Positions 48,284-58,194 of a stretch of DNA of 64,000 nucleotides are shown here, one piece after another. Below the pieces are notes generated by a model. The model was not told the DNA's origin. It searched no databases and saw only the letters and a program-made list of their open reading frames with translations. Numbering within the stretch: the first letter of the stretch is position 1; every line of letters begins with the position of its first letter. Made by a program: the position numbers and the translations under genes. Source of the stretch: Veleropilina oligotropha (Eukaryota); NCBI GenBank assembly GCA_048128005.1, contig JBEUKZ010000016.1, positions 1 to 64,000 on the forward strand, read 5' to 3'.

Positions 48284-51200
48284 ATGGCTTCGAACGCAAA
48301 GAACCAACGACTTGATGGTGAACAGAAGAGTTATGTTGTCGAGCAAGTTAGCCAAAGAAGATTTAAAACGAATCTGGCTATTGATACGAAATACCGGGTG
48401 AAACTGAATGCTGACCATTGGCAGAATAAAAAGTTGATGGACATTACGGGAGATCTTCACGACATGTTTACCGAAATCCTTGAAGATATACCGTCTCAAG
48501 ATAATTCGCTCGGTCGTATATTACTATCGCACCCCAGCTTGAAAGACGCTATCGTGGTGAAGTTACAAGAGTTACGTACGTTGACAGCTGATGTCGTAAT
48601 GGAGACTATCGATAAAGTGCTCCAGAGTTTCCAGGAATTGGACATTACGGAAGGATTTGAGATAAATATGGGCATTATAAATTTACCGCAAGGAGCTGCG
48701 AGAGCGTACATAACGAACTTGAATACAAGCATTAAACAGAAACGCTCGATGGTCGAAATTATTAATGAGGACATGTTATGTTTACCGCGTGCGATTGCAG
48801 TATCGTGGGCTGCCTTAAATAAAGTGTCTTTGGAACAATGGAAAAAATTAACTGAAAACTTACCGCAAGGAACAATGGTGGAACGCATATTACAAACAGG
48901 AAAAGTCCCAGAATATCATTATAAGAACCTCATTAAAAAGAAGAGATGTGAACAAAAGAAATTTGCTGTCGAATTATGTCGTCGTGCCGGTGTGCCATTA
49001 GATCAACCGCTTGGACCGAAACATATTGCAGCTTTTGAAAATGTTCTCAACGTCAACATATTAACAATATCCTCGAAATTGGGAAACAAATTTAGTCGAA
49101 TTGCGAATAATCCGGAAAGAAAAAACATTTATTTATATTTGATCGAGAAAGAAGACCAAGAAGTAGGTCATTACAACAGCGTGAACTCTCTCTCTGGTTT
49201 CTTCTCGACCTCGTACTTTTGTGAAAATTGCCTGAAACCCTACAATAACAGACATAAGCACCAGTGTGAAAAATATTGCCGTGTTTGTAAATCTGGCGGG
49301 TGCGAGGAGATAAAGCTGATGAGTTGTCGAAATTGTCACATGACATGCAGATCGCAGGACTGTTTTGATAGACATATAATTGAACACGGAAAACGACCTT
49401 CAGAATGTCAAAAGTGGTTTAAATGCACAAAATGTTATCACGTTATGAATGTCGAAAAAAGATCACCGACCGATCATCAATGTGGAGAATATTTGTGTTC
49501 GTCTTGCTTTCTATACGTGATGTCTGATCATAAATGTTATGTGCGGGCGTTTGTCAACAAACCAAGCTTTCCGAAATATGTCTTCTTTGATTATGAAACG
49601 ACGCAAGATACGATAATGGAGTGTACAGATGGATATAAACCTGCCGAAGATAATGGAAGTCAAAAATGGCGTCAATGCCTTCATTGTAATACTTCGACGT
49701 GCGGTCATCCGGTGCATATACCAAATTTAGTAGTTGCCCATACGGCTTGTTATAAATGCAATGGTTTGACAGATTATTGTTCGACGTGTGGTAGCAGATG
49801 TTCTCAATGTTATATTAAAAAGAATGCGAAAATCGAAATGCCTCCATGTGCAGGGAAATGTGGAAATACCGAAGTGATTTTTAAAGGCAATCGAACTGCC
49901 GAGAAGTTTGGACAATGGCTGTTTACAGAAGGACATCGTAATTTTACGGCAATCGCGCATAATATGAAGTCTTTTGATGGTTTATTTCTACTGGATTACT
50001 TAATCGAGCATAGCATGCGGCCCGAGAAAATCATATACAATGGATCAAAAATAATGTATATGTCTGTGGCAAAAGGAATGGATATTAGAATACTCGACAG
50101 TTTGAATTTTCTGCCAATGAAATTATCCCAATTACCAAAAGCATTTGGACTGCCTGAACTTAAGAAGGGATATTTTGCTCATTATTATAATACAAAAGCA
50201 AATCAAAATTATGTTGGACCATACCCTGAACCCGCTCTATATGGATACGATTACATGTCAAAAAATGATAGAGAGGAATTTTTGGAATGGTATGAAACAG
50301 TGAAAAATGATGTATTTGACTTACAAAAAGAAATGTTGGATTATTGTAGAAGCGATGTGATGATATTGAAACAAACATGTTTAAAGTTTAGTGATTTGTT
50401 AGAAAAAGCTACTGGATATTATGCATTGAATGAACATAACGAACGAGTGAAAGTGAATACTGTGAACCCATTTAATTTCCTGACAATAGCCTCGACATGT
50501 AGTGCTGTATATAGAAGTCAATTTTTGCCAGAAGAATGGAGGATGAAAATTAATAATGAATGGGTGCCAGCAAGAAAAGAAAATGGTAGCTTTAAAGTGT
50601 TGATTGATGATGAATGGACACGAAATTACCCTGCCGATTGTGAAAAGGAATTTGTGAGGTCACCAATAGCACGAATACCGTCAAATATTACTCAAGATCA
50701 GTATAGTATGGAATCAATTCAATGGCTCGAATGGATCGCTCACAAAAAAAATATTTCGATACAGCATGCATTAAATAAAGGCGAAGTTAAGCTTCCCGGA
50801 TCAAATTACAAATTGGATGGATATGCAAATGGGGTGGCATACGAGTATAACGGATGCATTTGGCATGGGTGCAAGTGTATAAAGACGAATAGAGATGTTA
50901 AACACCCCAAAACAGGTCAAAGTCTTGATGAATTGTATGCTTTAACTATGAAAAAAATGCATTTTATAAAAAGTTTAGGACTGTCTTATAAATGTATTTG
51001 GGCGTGTGAATACCAGGAAGAATTGAAAACAAATGTTGAATTGTCTAATTTTGTAAAGTCACTCGATTTAGTAAGTAGATTAGAGCCAAGAGATAGCTTC
51101 TATGGGGGCCGGACAAATGCTACAAAACTTCATTATAAAATCTCTGGTGATGAACAGATTAAATATGCCGATGTTTGCAGTCTTTACCCATTTACACAGA

Positions 51201-52438
51201 AATATAAACAATATCCATTATTCCATCCAGAAATAATTACCACCGACTTCAAAAATATCGAATCATATTTCGGAATTGCAAAAGTGAAGGTTCTCCCCCC
51301 AAAGAAGCTATATCATGGAGTATTGCCCTATAGATCAAATGGTAAATTAACATTTCCCCTTTGTAAATCCTGTGCATTAAGACAACAACAAACTCCCTGT
51401 ACGTGTAGTGATGATGAACGCATGCTTGATGGTACATATTGTACACCTGAATTAGTGAAAGCTGTTAGCAAGGGTTATAAAATTGTAAAGATTTATGAAG
51501 TGTATCATTGGAACGAAACTGCTATGTATGATCCTGCAACTTGTGAAGGCGGTTTGTTCGCCGATTACATAAACACCTTTTTGAAATACAAACAGGAAGC
51601 AAGTGGGTGGCCATCTTGGATTAAAAATGATGATGATACAAAACGTTACATCGAAAATTACAAGGAAAATGAAGGGATTATTTTGGATGAAAATAATATT
51701 GATAAAAATCCCGGATTAAGATCGATTTCAAAATTATTTCTCAATGCATTTTGGGGCAAATTTGGCGAAAGATTAAATCTGAAACAGACACAATTTATTC
51801 ACGAAGACGAGGCCGAACTATTTCTGCAGATTTTGGCAGACCCCACCAAAGAAATTCACGACTTTCATTTATTATCGCATAACATGATACATATGGAATA
51901 CACTCATAAGAAAGCTTTCATACCCGAAAGCGATAAAGCGAATATTTACATAGCAACTTTTACCACTTGTTGGGCAAGATTGAAATTGTACTCGATATTA
52001 GAAGAATTGGATCGTAATGTATTGTATTTTGACACTGATTCTGTGATATATGTGACTGGACCTGGACGGCCAGATGTACAGTTAGGTGATTATTTAGGAC
52101 AATTGACAAATGAATTGGAAGGTGATGATTACATTGAAGAATTTGTATCTGGAGGCCCCAAAAATTATGCTTTTAGAACTAATACTGGGCACGAATGTTG
52201 TAAAGTAAGAGGATTCACGCTAAATTATGCAAATAGTAAATTGATTAATTTTGATGCAGTCAAGGAAATTGTAACTACTAACAACAACAAAATCATAACT
52301 GTTACTAACCCAAGTAAAATTTGTAGAGATAAGAGAAAGAGGAAATTGTATAACAGAGAGGAAAAGAAGAAATATCAAATGGTTTATACAAAGCGTGCAT
52401 TGTTAGATAATTTTGATACATTGCCATATGGATATTGA
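48284..52438 (+). CDS. Protein-primed family B DNA polymerase (pPolB), 1384 aa
   Basis: Exonuclease FFDYET, AHNMKSFD, YCRSDV; polymerase YGGRT, YADVCSLYP, KLFLNAFWGKF, YFDTDS, GPKNY; Cys-rich N-terminal region; Vsr-like insertion (LDGY...YEYNGCIWHG). Confidence 0.97.
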   Translation: MASNAKNQRLDGEQKSYVVEQVSQRRFKTNLAIDTKYRVKLNADHWQNKKLMDITGDLHDMFTEILEDIPSQDNSLGRILLSHPSLKDAIVVKLQELRTLTADVVMETIDKVLQSFQELDITEGFEINMGIINLPQGAARAYITNLNTSIKQKRSMVEIINEDMLCLPRAIAVSWAALNKVSLEQWKKLTENLPQGTMVERILQTGKVPEYHYKNLIKKKRCEQKKFAVELCRRAGVPLDQPLGPKHIAAFENVLNVNILTISSKLGNKFSRIANNPERKNIYLYLIEKEDQEVGHYNSVNSLSGFFSTSYFCENCLKPYNNRHKHQCEKYCRVCKSGGCEEIKLMSCRNCHMTCRSQDCFDRHIIEHGKRPSECQKWFKCTKCYHVMNVEKRSPTDHQCGEYLCSSCFLYVMSDHKCYVRAFVNKPSFPKYVFFDYETTQDTIMECTDGYKPAEDNGSQKWRQCLHCNTSTCGHPVHIPNLVVAHTACYKCNGLTDYCSTCGSRCSQCYIKKNAKIEMPPCAGKCGNTEVIFKGNRTAEKFGQWLFTEGHRNFTAIAHNMKSFDGLFLLDYLIEHSMRPEKIIYNGSKIMYMSVAKGMDIRILDSLNFLPMKLSQLPKAFGLPELKKGYFAHYYNTKANQNYVGPYPEPALYGYDYMSKNDREEFLEWYETVKNDVFDLQKEMLDYCRSDVMILKQTCLKFSDLLEKATGYYALNEHNERVKVNTVNPFNFLTIASTCSAVYRSQFLPEEWRMKINNEWVPARKENGSFKVLIDDEWTRNYPADCEKEFVRSPIARIPSNITQDQYSMESIQWLEWIAHKKNISIQHALNKGEVKLPGSNYKLDGYANGVAYEYNGCIWHGCKCIKTNRDVKHPKTGQSLDELYALTMKKMHFIKSLGLSYKCIWACEYQEELKTNVELSNFVKSLDLVSRLEPRDSFYGGRTNATKLHYKISGDEQIKYADVCSLYPFTQKYKQYPLFHPEIITTDFKNIESYFGIAKVKVLPPKKLYHGVLPYRSNGKLTFPLCKSCALRQQQTPCTCSDDERMLDGTYCTPELVKAVSKGYKIVKIYEVYHWNETAMYDPATCEGGLFADYINTFLKYKQEASGWPSWIKNDDDTKRYIENYKENEGIILDENNIDKNPGLRSISKLFLNAFWGKFGERLNLKQTQFIHEDEAELFLQILADPTKEIHDFHLLSHNMIHMEYTHKKAFIPESDKANIYIATFTTCWARLKLYSILEELDRNVLYFDTDSVIYVTGPGRPDVQLGDYLGQLTNELEGDDYIEEFVSGGPKNYAFRTNTGHECCKVRGFTLNYANSKLINFDAVKEIVTTNNNKIITVTNPSKICRDKRKRKLYNREEKKKYQMVYTKRALLDNFDTLPYGY

Positions 52439-52454
52439 ATGTGACACGAAAAAA

Positions 52455-52570
52455 CGGCCCAGAAAAAAAAATGGCCGACAAAAGTTGGCCTAGAAAAAAA
52501 AAAAAAAAATGGCCGACAAAAGATGGCCTAGAAAAAAAAAAAAAAAAAATGGCCGACAAAAATGGCCTAG

Positions 52571-52602
<32 letters not shown>

Positions 52603-52688
52603 GACATAAGATGGCCTAGAAAAAAAAAAAAATGGCCGACAAAAGATGGCCTAGAAAAAAAAAAAATGGCCCAGAAAAAAAATGGCCC
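52455..52688 (+). repeat. Segmented poly(A) array: A-tracts separated by GGCC-stem spacers
   Basis: Seven A runs of about 8-27 nt separated by tggccgacaaaag(t/a)tggcctag-like spacers. Confidence 0.9.
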
Positions 52689-52746
52689 AAAGTGTAGCAG
52701 ATAACCCAATCTGCCTGATGAGTCCTAATGGGGGACGAAACACTTT
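52689..52746 (+). ncRNA. Type III hammerhead ribozyme
   Basis: AAAGTG-TA^-GCAGAT-aaccca-ATCTGC-CTGATGA-GTCC-taatggg-GGAC-GAAA-CACTTT: complete core, three perfect stems, GUA cleavage triplet. Confidence 0.92.
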
Positions 52747-52783
52747 TAGTTAAAATATTTTTATTTCTCCATAAGAATACATA

Positions 52784-52918
52784 TTAATACGGCAGCCATT
52801 GAAATGTTTTTTCTCCTGGTGGTCCTTTCACAAGTTTCCCAGGTACGAAGAGTTTCTTTTTCTTCTTCTCCTTCTTCTTTAATAATTCATCGTATTCTTC
52901 TTTGGTTATTAATATCAT
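52784..52918 (-). CDS. 44-aa basic peptide (below the ORF-track cutoff)
   Basis: MILITKEEYDELLKKKEKKKKKLFVPGKLVKGPPGEKTFQWLPY; starts 4 nt after the upstream stop and is followed by AATAAA at ~52760. Confidence 0.55.
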   Translation of the reverse strand: MILITKEEYDELLKKKEKKKKKLFVPGKLVKGPPGEKTFQWLPY

Positions 52919-52922
52919 TTCT

Positions 52923-53240
52923 TTAGACATCTTCGAGAAGGGGTAGAATTGGCTTTAACAGTAAGGGTAATAATGCTTGATGACTTAACAATGCTTTTTT
53001 CTTCTTTAAACGACTGACATCATGACTGCTCAACAACAAAATGATCTCCTCGTACGGACGCAGCGTATTTATATAATCTGAATCGATGGTCACGTGACCT
53101 TTCAAAATGTTCAATGCCACTTGTGACAATGCCGTCATTTGATCTTTGGTTAAATTTTGAAGCAAAGCTTTTCGTTGTTTTTGATTGCATTCTTGTAAAA
53201 ATCTAAGAAAAACGTCATTCGATGTGATTGCTTGGGCCAT
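52923..53240 (-). CDS. Conserved-looking small Polinton protein, 105 aa
   Basis: L..L...Q R..LL / NILKG / KKKKALL...LLPLLL pattern recalled from Polinton small ORFs; adjacent to the ATPase. Confidence 0.7.
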   Translation of the reverse strand: MAQAITSNDVFLRFLQECNQKQRKALLQNLTKDQMTALSQVALNILKGHVTIDSDYINTLRPYEEIILLLSSHDVSRLKKKKALLSHQALLPLLLKPILPLLEDV

Positions 53241-53258
53241 CTTTGATGTAAATGATAA

Positions 53259-53894
53259 TTACTCTCGTTTTGGCCAATATATAATTGGATGCTCTTTTGG
53301 GAAAACGTGCGTGCGCAATTGAAATTTTTTATCAGAACTGGGGCATAAATCAATAACCAAATATCCATAATTTTCTGAAGTGGCTTTATCGTATGCATCT
53401 TTAAAATAAGCAGATTGACCTGGATAAATCTGCGAACCAAAGGTTAATATTTGTCTCGTGTCTCTTAAATTTCGAAATAGCACAAAATAAGAGCAATTTA
53501 ATGATATGCTTCTTGCAAATTTGCCCGGCGGATAGAGATTTTGAGTGATAAATATGCAGGTCACGTTCCTATGATGTGACGTAATGGTGAATAAATGAAC
53601 ATAGTCTTCGGATTGAACAATTCGTAGCATCAGATCATCCAATACTAAGATAACGTGTCCGCCATCTGCAAACCGTTCAATATCTTCTTTGGTGGGCAGA
53701 CCTTCGTGAAATATGATGCTCTTTTTCATTTTGTCAAACAAGGGCTGATATTCCGAATATGCATATATGATTTTGCTGGCGGGCGTTGTAAACATGTTGT
53801 TTTCGAGTAAACGTTTGGTAAAATAACTTTTACCCGATTGCGTGGCACCAGATATCATTATCGTTGCAGGTGATTTAAATTGAAGTGCCATCAT
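53259..53894 (-). CDS. A32/FtsK-like DNA packaging ATPase
   Basis: Walker A GATQSGKS, Walker B LVLDD, SHHRN and ITQN motifs. Confidence 0.93.
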   Translation of the reverse strand: MMALQFKSPATIMISGATQSGKSYFTKRLLENNMFTTPASKIIYAYSEYQPLFDKMKKSIIFHEGLPTKEDIERFADGGHVILVLDDLMLRIVQSEDYVHLFTITSHHRNVTCIFITQNLYPPGKFARSISLNCSYFVLFRNLRDTRQILTFGSQIYPGQSAYFKDAYDKATSENYGYLVIDLCPSSDKKFQLRTHVFPKEHPIIYWPKRE

Positions 53895-53958
53895 TGAAAA
53901 CTAAACACATAATGACGAGAACATTTTTATTTATTCAATATATAAGGAATACAGTAGT

Positions 53959-55281
53959 TTATGGTTTAATATAGGTCACGGTGCGAGATTTATCGATTTC
54001 GAGCAGAGATGGAAAAATGGCACAGGCAAGACAATTTATTGACTGTGTGATTGCAGATTGAAATCTTATTTCCAAACGGGTGTTTCCATGTTGAATCAAA
54101 TTAATATATTTCGTTCCTAAATCGCATGGGTCCAAGGTAAATACAAAGAAAGAATATCCATCCGCGAAATCGGTTCTATTTATCGCTAGTCCGCCATCTT
54201 TATTTGCCAGGTTGCACATGCTGAATAAATTATTGTAAGCTGCTGCGTTTCCACCTTTCAAACTGAAGTCTAGTTTCAATGGTGCTCCAGGAAGACTTTC
54301 TCCGTTGACATAAAGACCAACTTCATTAACGTTAAAATGTTCAAAATTAAACGGGTTGCCGGTATACGATCCATTAACAGACATTTGATTAATTAGTCCA
54401 ATGATTAACTTTGACGGCCGAGCATTTGGCCACATATTATCCCAAAAGAATTCATTCGAGCCTTGTGCTATCGTATTCATTTTCACTTCTGTTCTTTCGA
54501 GTGCATATTTTGCAGGGATTTCTTCCAATTTCTTCACGTTATGTAATATGATACCCGAATCAAGCCGTACGTTAGCAACTTTATAAATAACGTCGATTAA
54601 TTCAAGTTTATATGCTGCTGAATTTTCTTCTGACATGAATATAAATGGTGATCTGGATCTGAACATTTTAATGTAAATATCGACACCATTCAGCAAAAAT
54701 TTATCCAAAGAAAATATATCTTCAAGTAACGGTCCCTCCATTTGAAAAGGTTGGCTATCTTTTGTGTAAATATAACGTGCCCTGAGACCACTATTAAAAG
54801 TGTTTACAGGGTCAGTGCCATCCATTGGTGAAACGTCTTTAAAAAATAACTGGCTTTGTAGCTGAGACTTCTGTTCGTCGGTTCCTGAAGACAATATGGT
54901 TTTAAGATATGCTTTCCACGGATAATTACTCGTATTCAATGATACAAGTTTATTATTCATGTACACATCAATCTGTGACCACATCGCATGTAATGGTAAA
55001 TTAATAATGCCTATCTTTTCATCTTTAGCGAGTTGCGTGCCATCTGCTCTAAGGATTCTTGCTTTAACATACAAACGACTGCGTTTTAAATCAATGTATT
55101 CAGGTCCTTGTCCAGAAATTAAAATTTCCACGGGTGCATCTTCATTGTTAATGGAAGAAATAGGCCGTGCTTCGGCATAATACATTTTATTAATAGCCAC
55201 TTGGTTTGGGGGTACGGAAAATAGTGCTAATTCTGCCGGTAAAGAAACTTCCTTGTTGTCTTCGCTGAGATAAGAGGCCAT
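53959..55281 (-). CDS. Major capsid protein (double jelly-roll, PY)
   Basis: ELALFSVPP.Q, YIDL..SRLYVK, GNPFNF.HF and LEID..R motifs; 440 aa. Confidence 0.88.
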   Translation of the reverse strand: MASYLSEDNKEVSLPAELALFSVPPNQVAINKMYYAEARPISSINNEDAPVEILISGQGPEYIDLKRSRLYVKARILRADGTQLAKDEKIGIINLPLHAMWSQIDVYMNNKLVSLNTSNYPWKAYLKTILSSGTDEQKSQLQSQLFFKDVSPMDGTDPVNTFNSGLRARYIYTKDSQPFQMEGPLLEDIFSLDKFLLNGVDIYIKMFRSRSPFIFMSEENSAAYKLELIDVIYKVANVRLDSGIILHNVKKLEEIPAKYALERTEVKMNTIAQGSNEFFWDNMWPNARPSKLIIGLINQMSVNGSYTGNPFNFEHFNVNEVGLYVNGESLPGAPLKLDFSLKGGNAAAYNNLFSMCNLANKDGGLAINRTDFADGYSFFVFTLDPCDLGTKYINLIQHGNTRLEIRFQSAITQSINCLACAIFPSLLEIDKSRTVTYIKP

Positions 55282-55283
55282 TT

Positions 55284-55721
55284 CTATTCTTGACTGTTGC
55301 GGGAAAATATAGTTTCAGGTGTTCTCTTCTTGACTGCTTTTGACAAAGTGACGATTTTTCTTTTCCTTCCTCTAGTTACATTGCCAGCTTGTTTCTGATT
55401 GGTCAATTTAAACGCATTCTGATTGGTCAATTTAATCTCTTCCTTATTCCTTGCGTTCTGATTGGTCAATTTAATCGCATTCTGATTGGTCAATTCGATG
55501 TGGGGAATGCCCTCTTTTTCATCTTTTTCGTGTTCGACTTTTGCCCTTTCGTTCACTGCAGCCATCGGTGTAGTCATGGGGATCATGTAGGGAGTTCTAT
55601 ATATGCCAGCCATGCCTCTTTTTTGTGGATAAGGAGAATATGAACTGACTTTACCATCGTATAAATCTTTATATATCTGATCCCATTGTCCGGGCACGCT
55701 AACATACAGTTTTCCTGACAT
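55284..55721 (-). CDS. Basic hypothetical protein, possible core protein
   Basis: Sits between the capsid genes; repeated (E/K)LTNQ motifs and a basic tail ending TIF. Confidence 0.6.
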   Translation of the reverse strand: MSGKLYVSVPGQWDQIYKDLYDGKVSSYSPYPQKRGMAGIYRTPYMIPMTTPMAAVNERAKVEHEKDEKEGIPHIELTNQNAIKLTNQNARNKEEIKLTNQNAFKLTNQKQAGNVTRGRKRKIVTLSKAVKKRTPETIFSRNSQE

Positions 55722-56106
55722 GTTTAAAATGAAGTGTCACCGTCACTGCTTCGTTCAGAAATGAAGCTTTGTTGTCATTAGCATCTTTTATATACAAATG
55801 GATGTGGTGCAACCGGCTCTGCTTCAACGGAATATAATATGGATTTTGATATATTACAGAACTGCTATTTGTAACTCGTCTTAATAATGGCACCTCTTTG
55901 CCCCCAACAAAACTTTCTGTACACGCATCGAAATATACGTATAGATCTCTTCTGAATTTGGACTTTTTCCTCGAAAATTCCGTTAATGCCACAGCCCAAC
56001 GACCATCAAATTTTACTTCTCTATCCAATTGCACGCGAAAATCATAGGGCGTATTTTCAAAGTACTCGGAGCTGTCAGTAGACGTCAACACCATACGAAT
56101 GCTCAT
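55699..56106 (-). CDS. Minor capsid / penton protein (PX), short form
   Basis: L.S..S..YF.N...DFRV.L...W.VAL.E N-terminus and VG....PLLR...YIP...TLHFK C-terminus. Confidence 0.8.
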   Translation of the reverse strand: MSIRMVLTSTDSSEYFENTPYDFRVQLDREVKFDGRWAVALTEFSRKKSKFRRDLYVYFDACTESFVGGKEVPLLRRVTNSSSVIYQNPYYIPLKQSRLHHIHLYIKDANDNKASFLNEAVTVTLHFKHVRKTVC

Positions 56107-56127
56107 CGTGAAATGACTATATATCCA

Positions 56128-57213
56128 TTATCTATTTTGTATATCTGTTTCTGGAATCCACGAATTAAATTTCGTTGGCCAGCCCATCCATTTAACGAAC
56201 ACTTGCTTTTGACCCCGATGTTTTCTTCTCTTTAATATGGTTTCCACGTGCCACACGGCATCGTCACCCTTGTTGACCCTTTGCATTTCATTTTCATAGA
56301 AAGTGCCGTCTATTTTCTCATCCGCATAATCCTTTAACTGATATATGGGAATACGTTGACGTTTATATCTTTTAGCAACGATAAACAGCTCTTCGGTCCA
56401 TTTTTGTTGATAATCACGTAAGAATGGATGTTTCAGATGTGATATTCTTACTTTATCATTCAGTTTAAATTTGTATTTCTTTGCGGGTCGCGTCTTTTTA
56501 TCTTGAGACAAATACATTACATATCTAGCCTCGTCTTCATTTTGTTTTGTTATGCTGTCAGGTGTGCCTTGTCCTAACGATCTGTGTGGCCTATTGTTGT
56601 AATTTAATACCAAATCTTGTAATATATCGTCGTATTTGTATGTTTGTTTGGCCGTGAAGTATTTAAACATCATACTTTTCAAGCTTCTGATTACACGTTC
56701 GGCATAATTGGCTTTTGTTGAATTCTGGGTAAAACGGTAATTAATTCCTTCCTGCGATAAATACAATTTAACCCATCTGTTTTGAAATTCGCTCCCCTTA
56801 TCAAATCGAACGGTGTGTGGCTTCCTGCCCTGTTTAAATATGGATTTGAAAGCTTGAACCACCGTTTTTCCTGTTTTGTTGGCTAATGGTACAACCCAAA
56901 GGAAACGCGAAAATACATCGATGACTATCAATAAGAAGGCAATGCCATCGTTATGTTTACTTAAATTCTGCACATCTGCCAAATCAGCATCAAACAACGA
57001 ATCTAATCCTTTCACAATCACCTGGCTGCGCTTAAATTTTCTAATAACGCCCTTTTGTAAACTGTATGCGTCTTGGTTTTGAAGCCATTGATCGATTTGC
57101 TTTCTCGTGATTTTATATTTTTTCTCCTTTTGTACAATTTTATACAACTTTTCGGGTCCAGCATAACCTCTTTTTGAATCGTACCAGATATCTTTTAAAT
57201 ACTGATCCGTCAT
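56128..57213 (-). CDS. Retroviral-like (rve) integrase with C-terminal chromodomain
   Basis: DLAD, IDVFSR, DKGSEF, AERVIR catalytic motifs; VETILKRR...VKWMGWP..FNSW chromodomain. Confidence 0.95.
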   Translation of the reverse strand: MTDQYLKDIWYDSKRGYAGPEKLYKIVQKEKKYKITRKQIDQWLQNQDAYSLQKGVIRKFKRSQVIVKGLDSLFDADLADVQNLSKHNDGIAFLLIVIDVFSRFLWVVPLANKTGKTVVQAFKSIFKQGRKPHTVRFDKGSEFQNRWVKLYLSQEGINYRFTQNSTKANYAERVIRSLKSMMFKYFTAKQTYKYDDILQDLVLNYNNRPHRSLGQGTPDSITKQNEDEARYVMYLSQDKKTRPAKKYKFKLNDKVRISHLKHPFLRDYQQKWTEELFIVAKRYKRQRIPIYQLKDYADEKIDGTFYENEMQRVNKGDDAVWHVETILKRRKHRGQKQVFVKWMGWPTKFNSWIPETDIQNR

Positions 57214-57350
57214 ATCCAGACGATAAATAATGATATAAAATTATCAAATCAAACAACTCTTTAAGCATCTTCACTCCACGGTGACATAACGTATACTAAT
57301 GAAAATAATTGAAGTACACAATATATATATACTTTTTTATTGATACATAA

Positions 57351-57557
57351 TCATCCTTTATCCATCAAACTGTTGTTGACATTGGTCCCGTTGATGGCCT
57401 GTACAGATGTCCGGGGTTCGGGAAGCGGTGGTGATGACACGCATATTTTTCCTTTCTCGTACGTAATTCCAGCAGTGGTACACAATAATAATAACACTAT
57501 AATTCTAATTGTCCATTTCGCCTTGCCTTTCAATGTTAACGCTTCGACTTTCTCCAT
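57351..57557 (-). CDS. Possible small single-pass membrane protein
   Basis: Basic N-terminus then WTIRIIVLLLLCTTAGITY; AATAAA just downstream. Confidence 0.4.
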   Translation of the reverse strand: MEKVEALTLKGKAKWTIRIIVLLLLCTTAGITYEKGKICVSSPPLPEPRTSVQAINGTNVNNSLMDKG

Positions 57558-57589
57558 AATAATGATTCTTCTTGCTTGCGCGTAGTCTA

Positions 57590-58054
57590 TTAATACATTT
57601 CCCATAGCTTTTTACTAGGGTTACATTCAGGACACTCCAAAGCACCCCATAAGTTTTGATGGTCGTCTCTTTGGTAGCAAATCTCTGTATCATTAGGCAT
57701 GTTATCGTTCCATTTTTTCAAATCTTCGTATTGTTCGTACGTTATGGTAACGCCTCTTTTCGTAGGACGTAATTCTAAGGCATCTTCTGGCAACCAAAAA
57801 TAACGTATATCCAAATGCGGGTACTGCTTGCTTATGCTCACATACACGTTTCCTCCTACATGATAGCGTAATGACGACAATTTTCCTTCTTCTATTTCTT
57901 TGATAGCTTCATCGAAATTCCCAAAATTATTCTTAAATAACTTCCATCGACATAGGGGAAATTCAACATATTTGTCATATTTCTTAATAATAAACGAATC
58001 CATAATTCTTTCTACCCAGCAATTTCTTCCAAGAATACATGTTGATTGTGCCAT
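57590..58054 (-). CDS. PC4-like single-stranded DNA-binding protein
   Basis: LDIRYFW...RPTKRGVTITYEQY PC4-like motif and C-terminal C..H..CPEC; upstream TATAAATA and two TGACGTCA sites. Confidence 0.78.
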   Translation of the reverse strand: MAQSTCILGRNCWVERIMDSFIIKKYDKYVEFPLCRWKLFKNNFGNFDEAIKEIEEGKLSSLRYHVGGNVYVSISKQYPHLDIRYFWLPEDALELRPTKRGVTITYEQYEDLKKWNDNMPNDTEICYQRDDHQNLWGALECPECNPSKKLWEMY

Positions 58055-58194
58055 GGCTTTCCTTAATATGACCTCTCCGCTCCAGCTGGCTATTTATAGG
58101 TAAAAGTGTTACTAAAAATAGAAATGACGTCACCCCCTTGTTACTATAAATAGAAATGACGTCACCCCTGTTACTAAAAATAGAACATGTCCAG

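Noticed and set aside
52305..52709. Poly-Lys ORF (52435-52704 +) and poly-Phe ORF (52305-52709 -)
   Set aside because: By-products of the A-tract array; tract lengths are not consistently multiples of three
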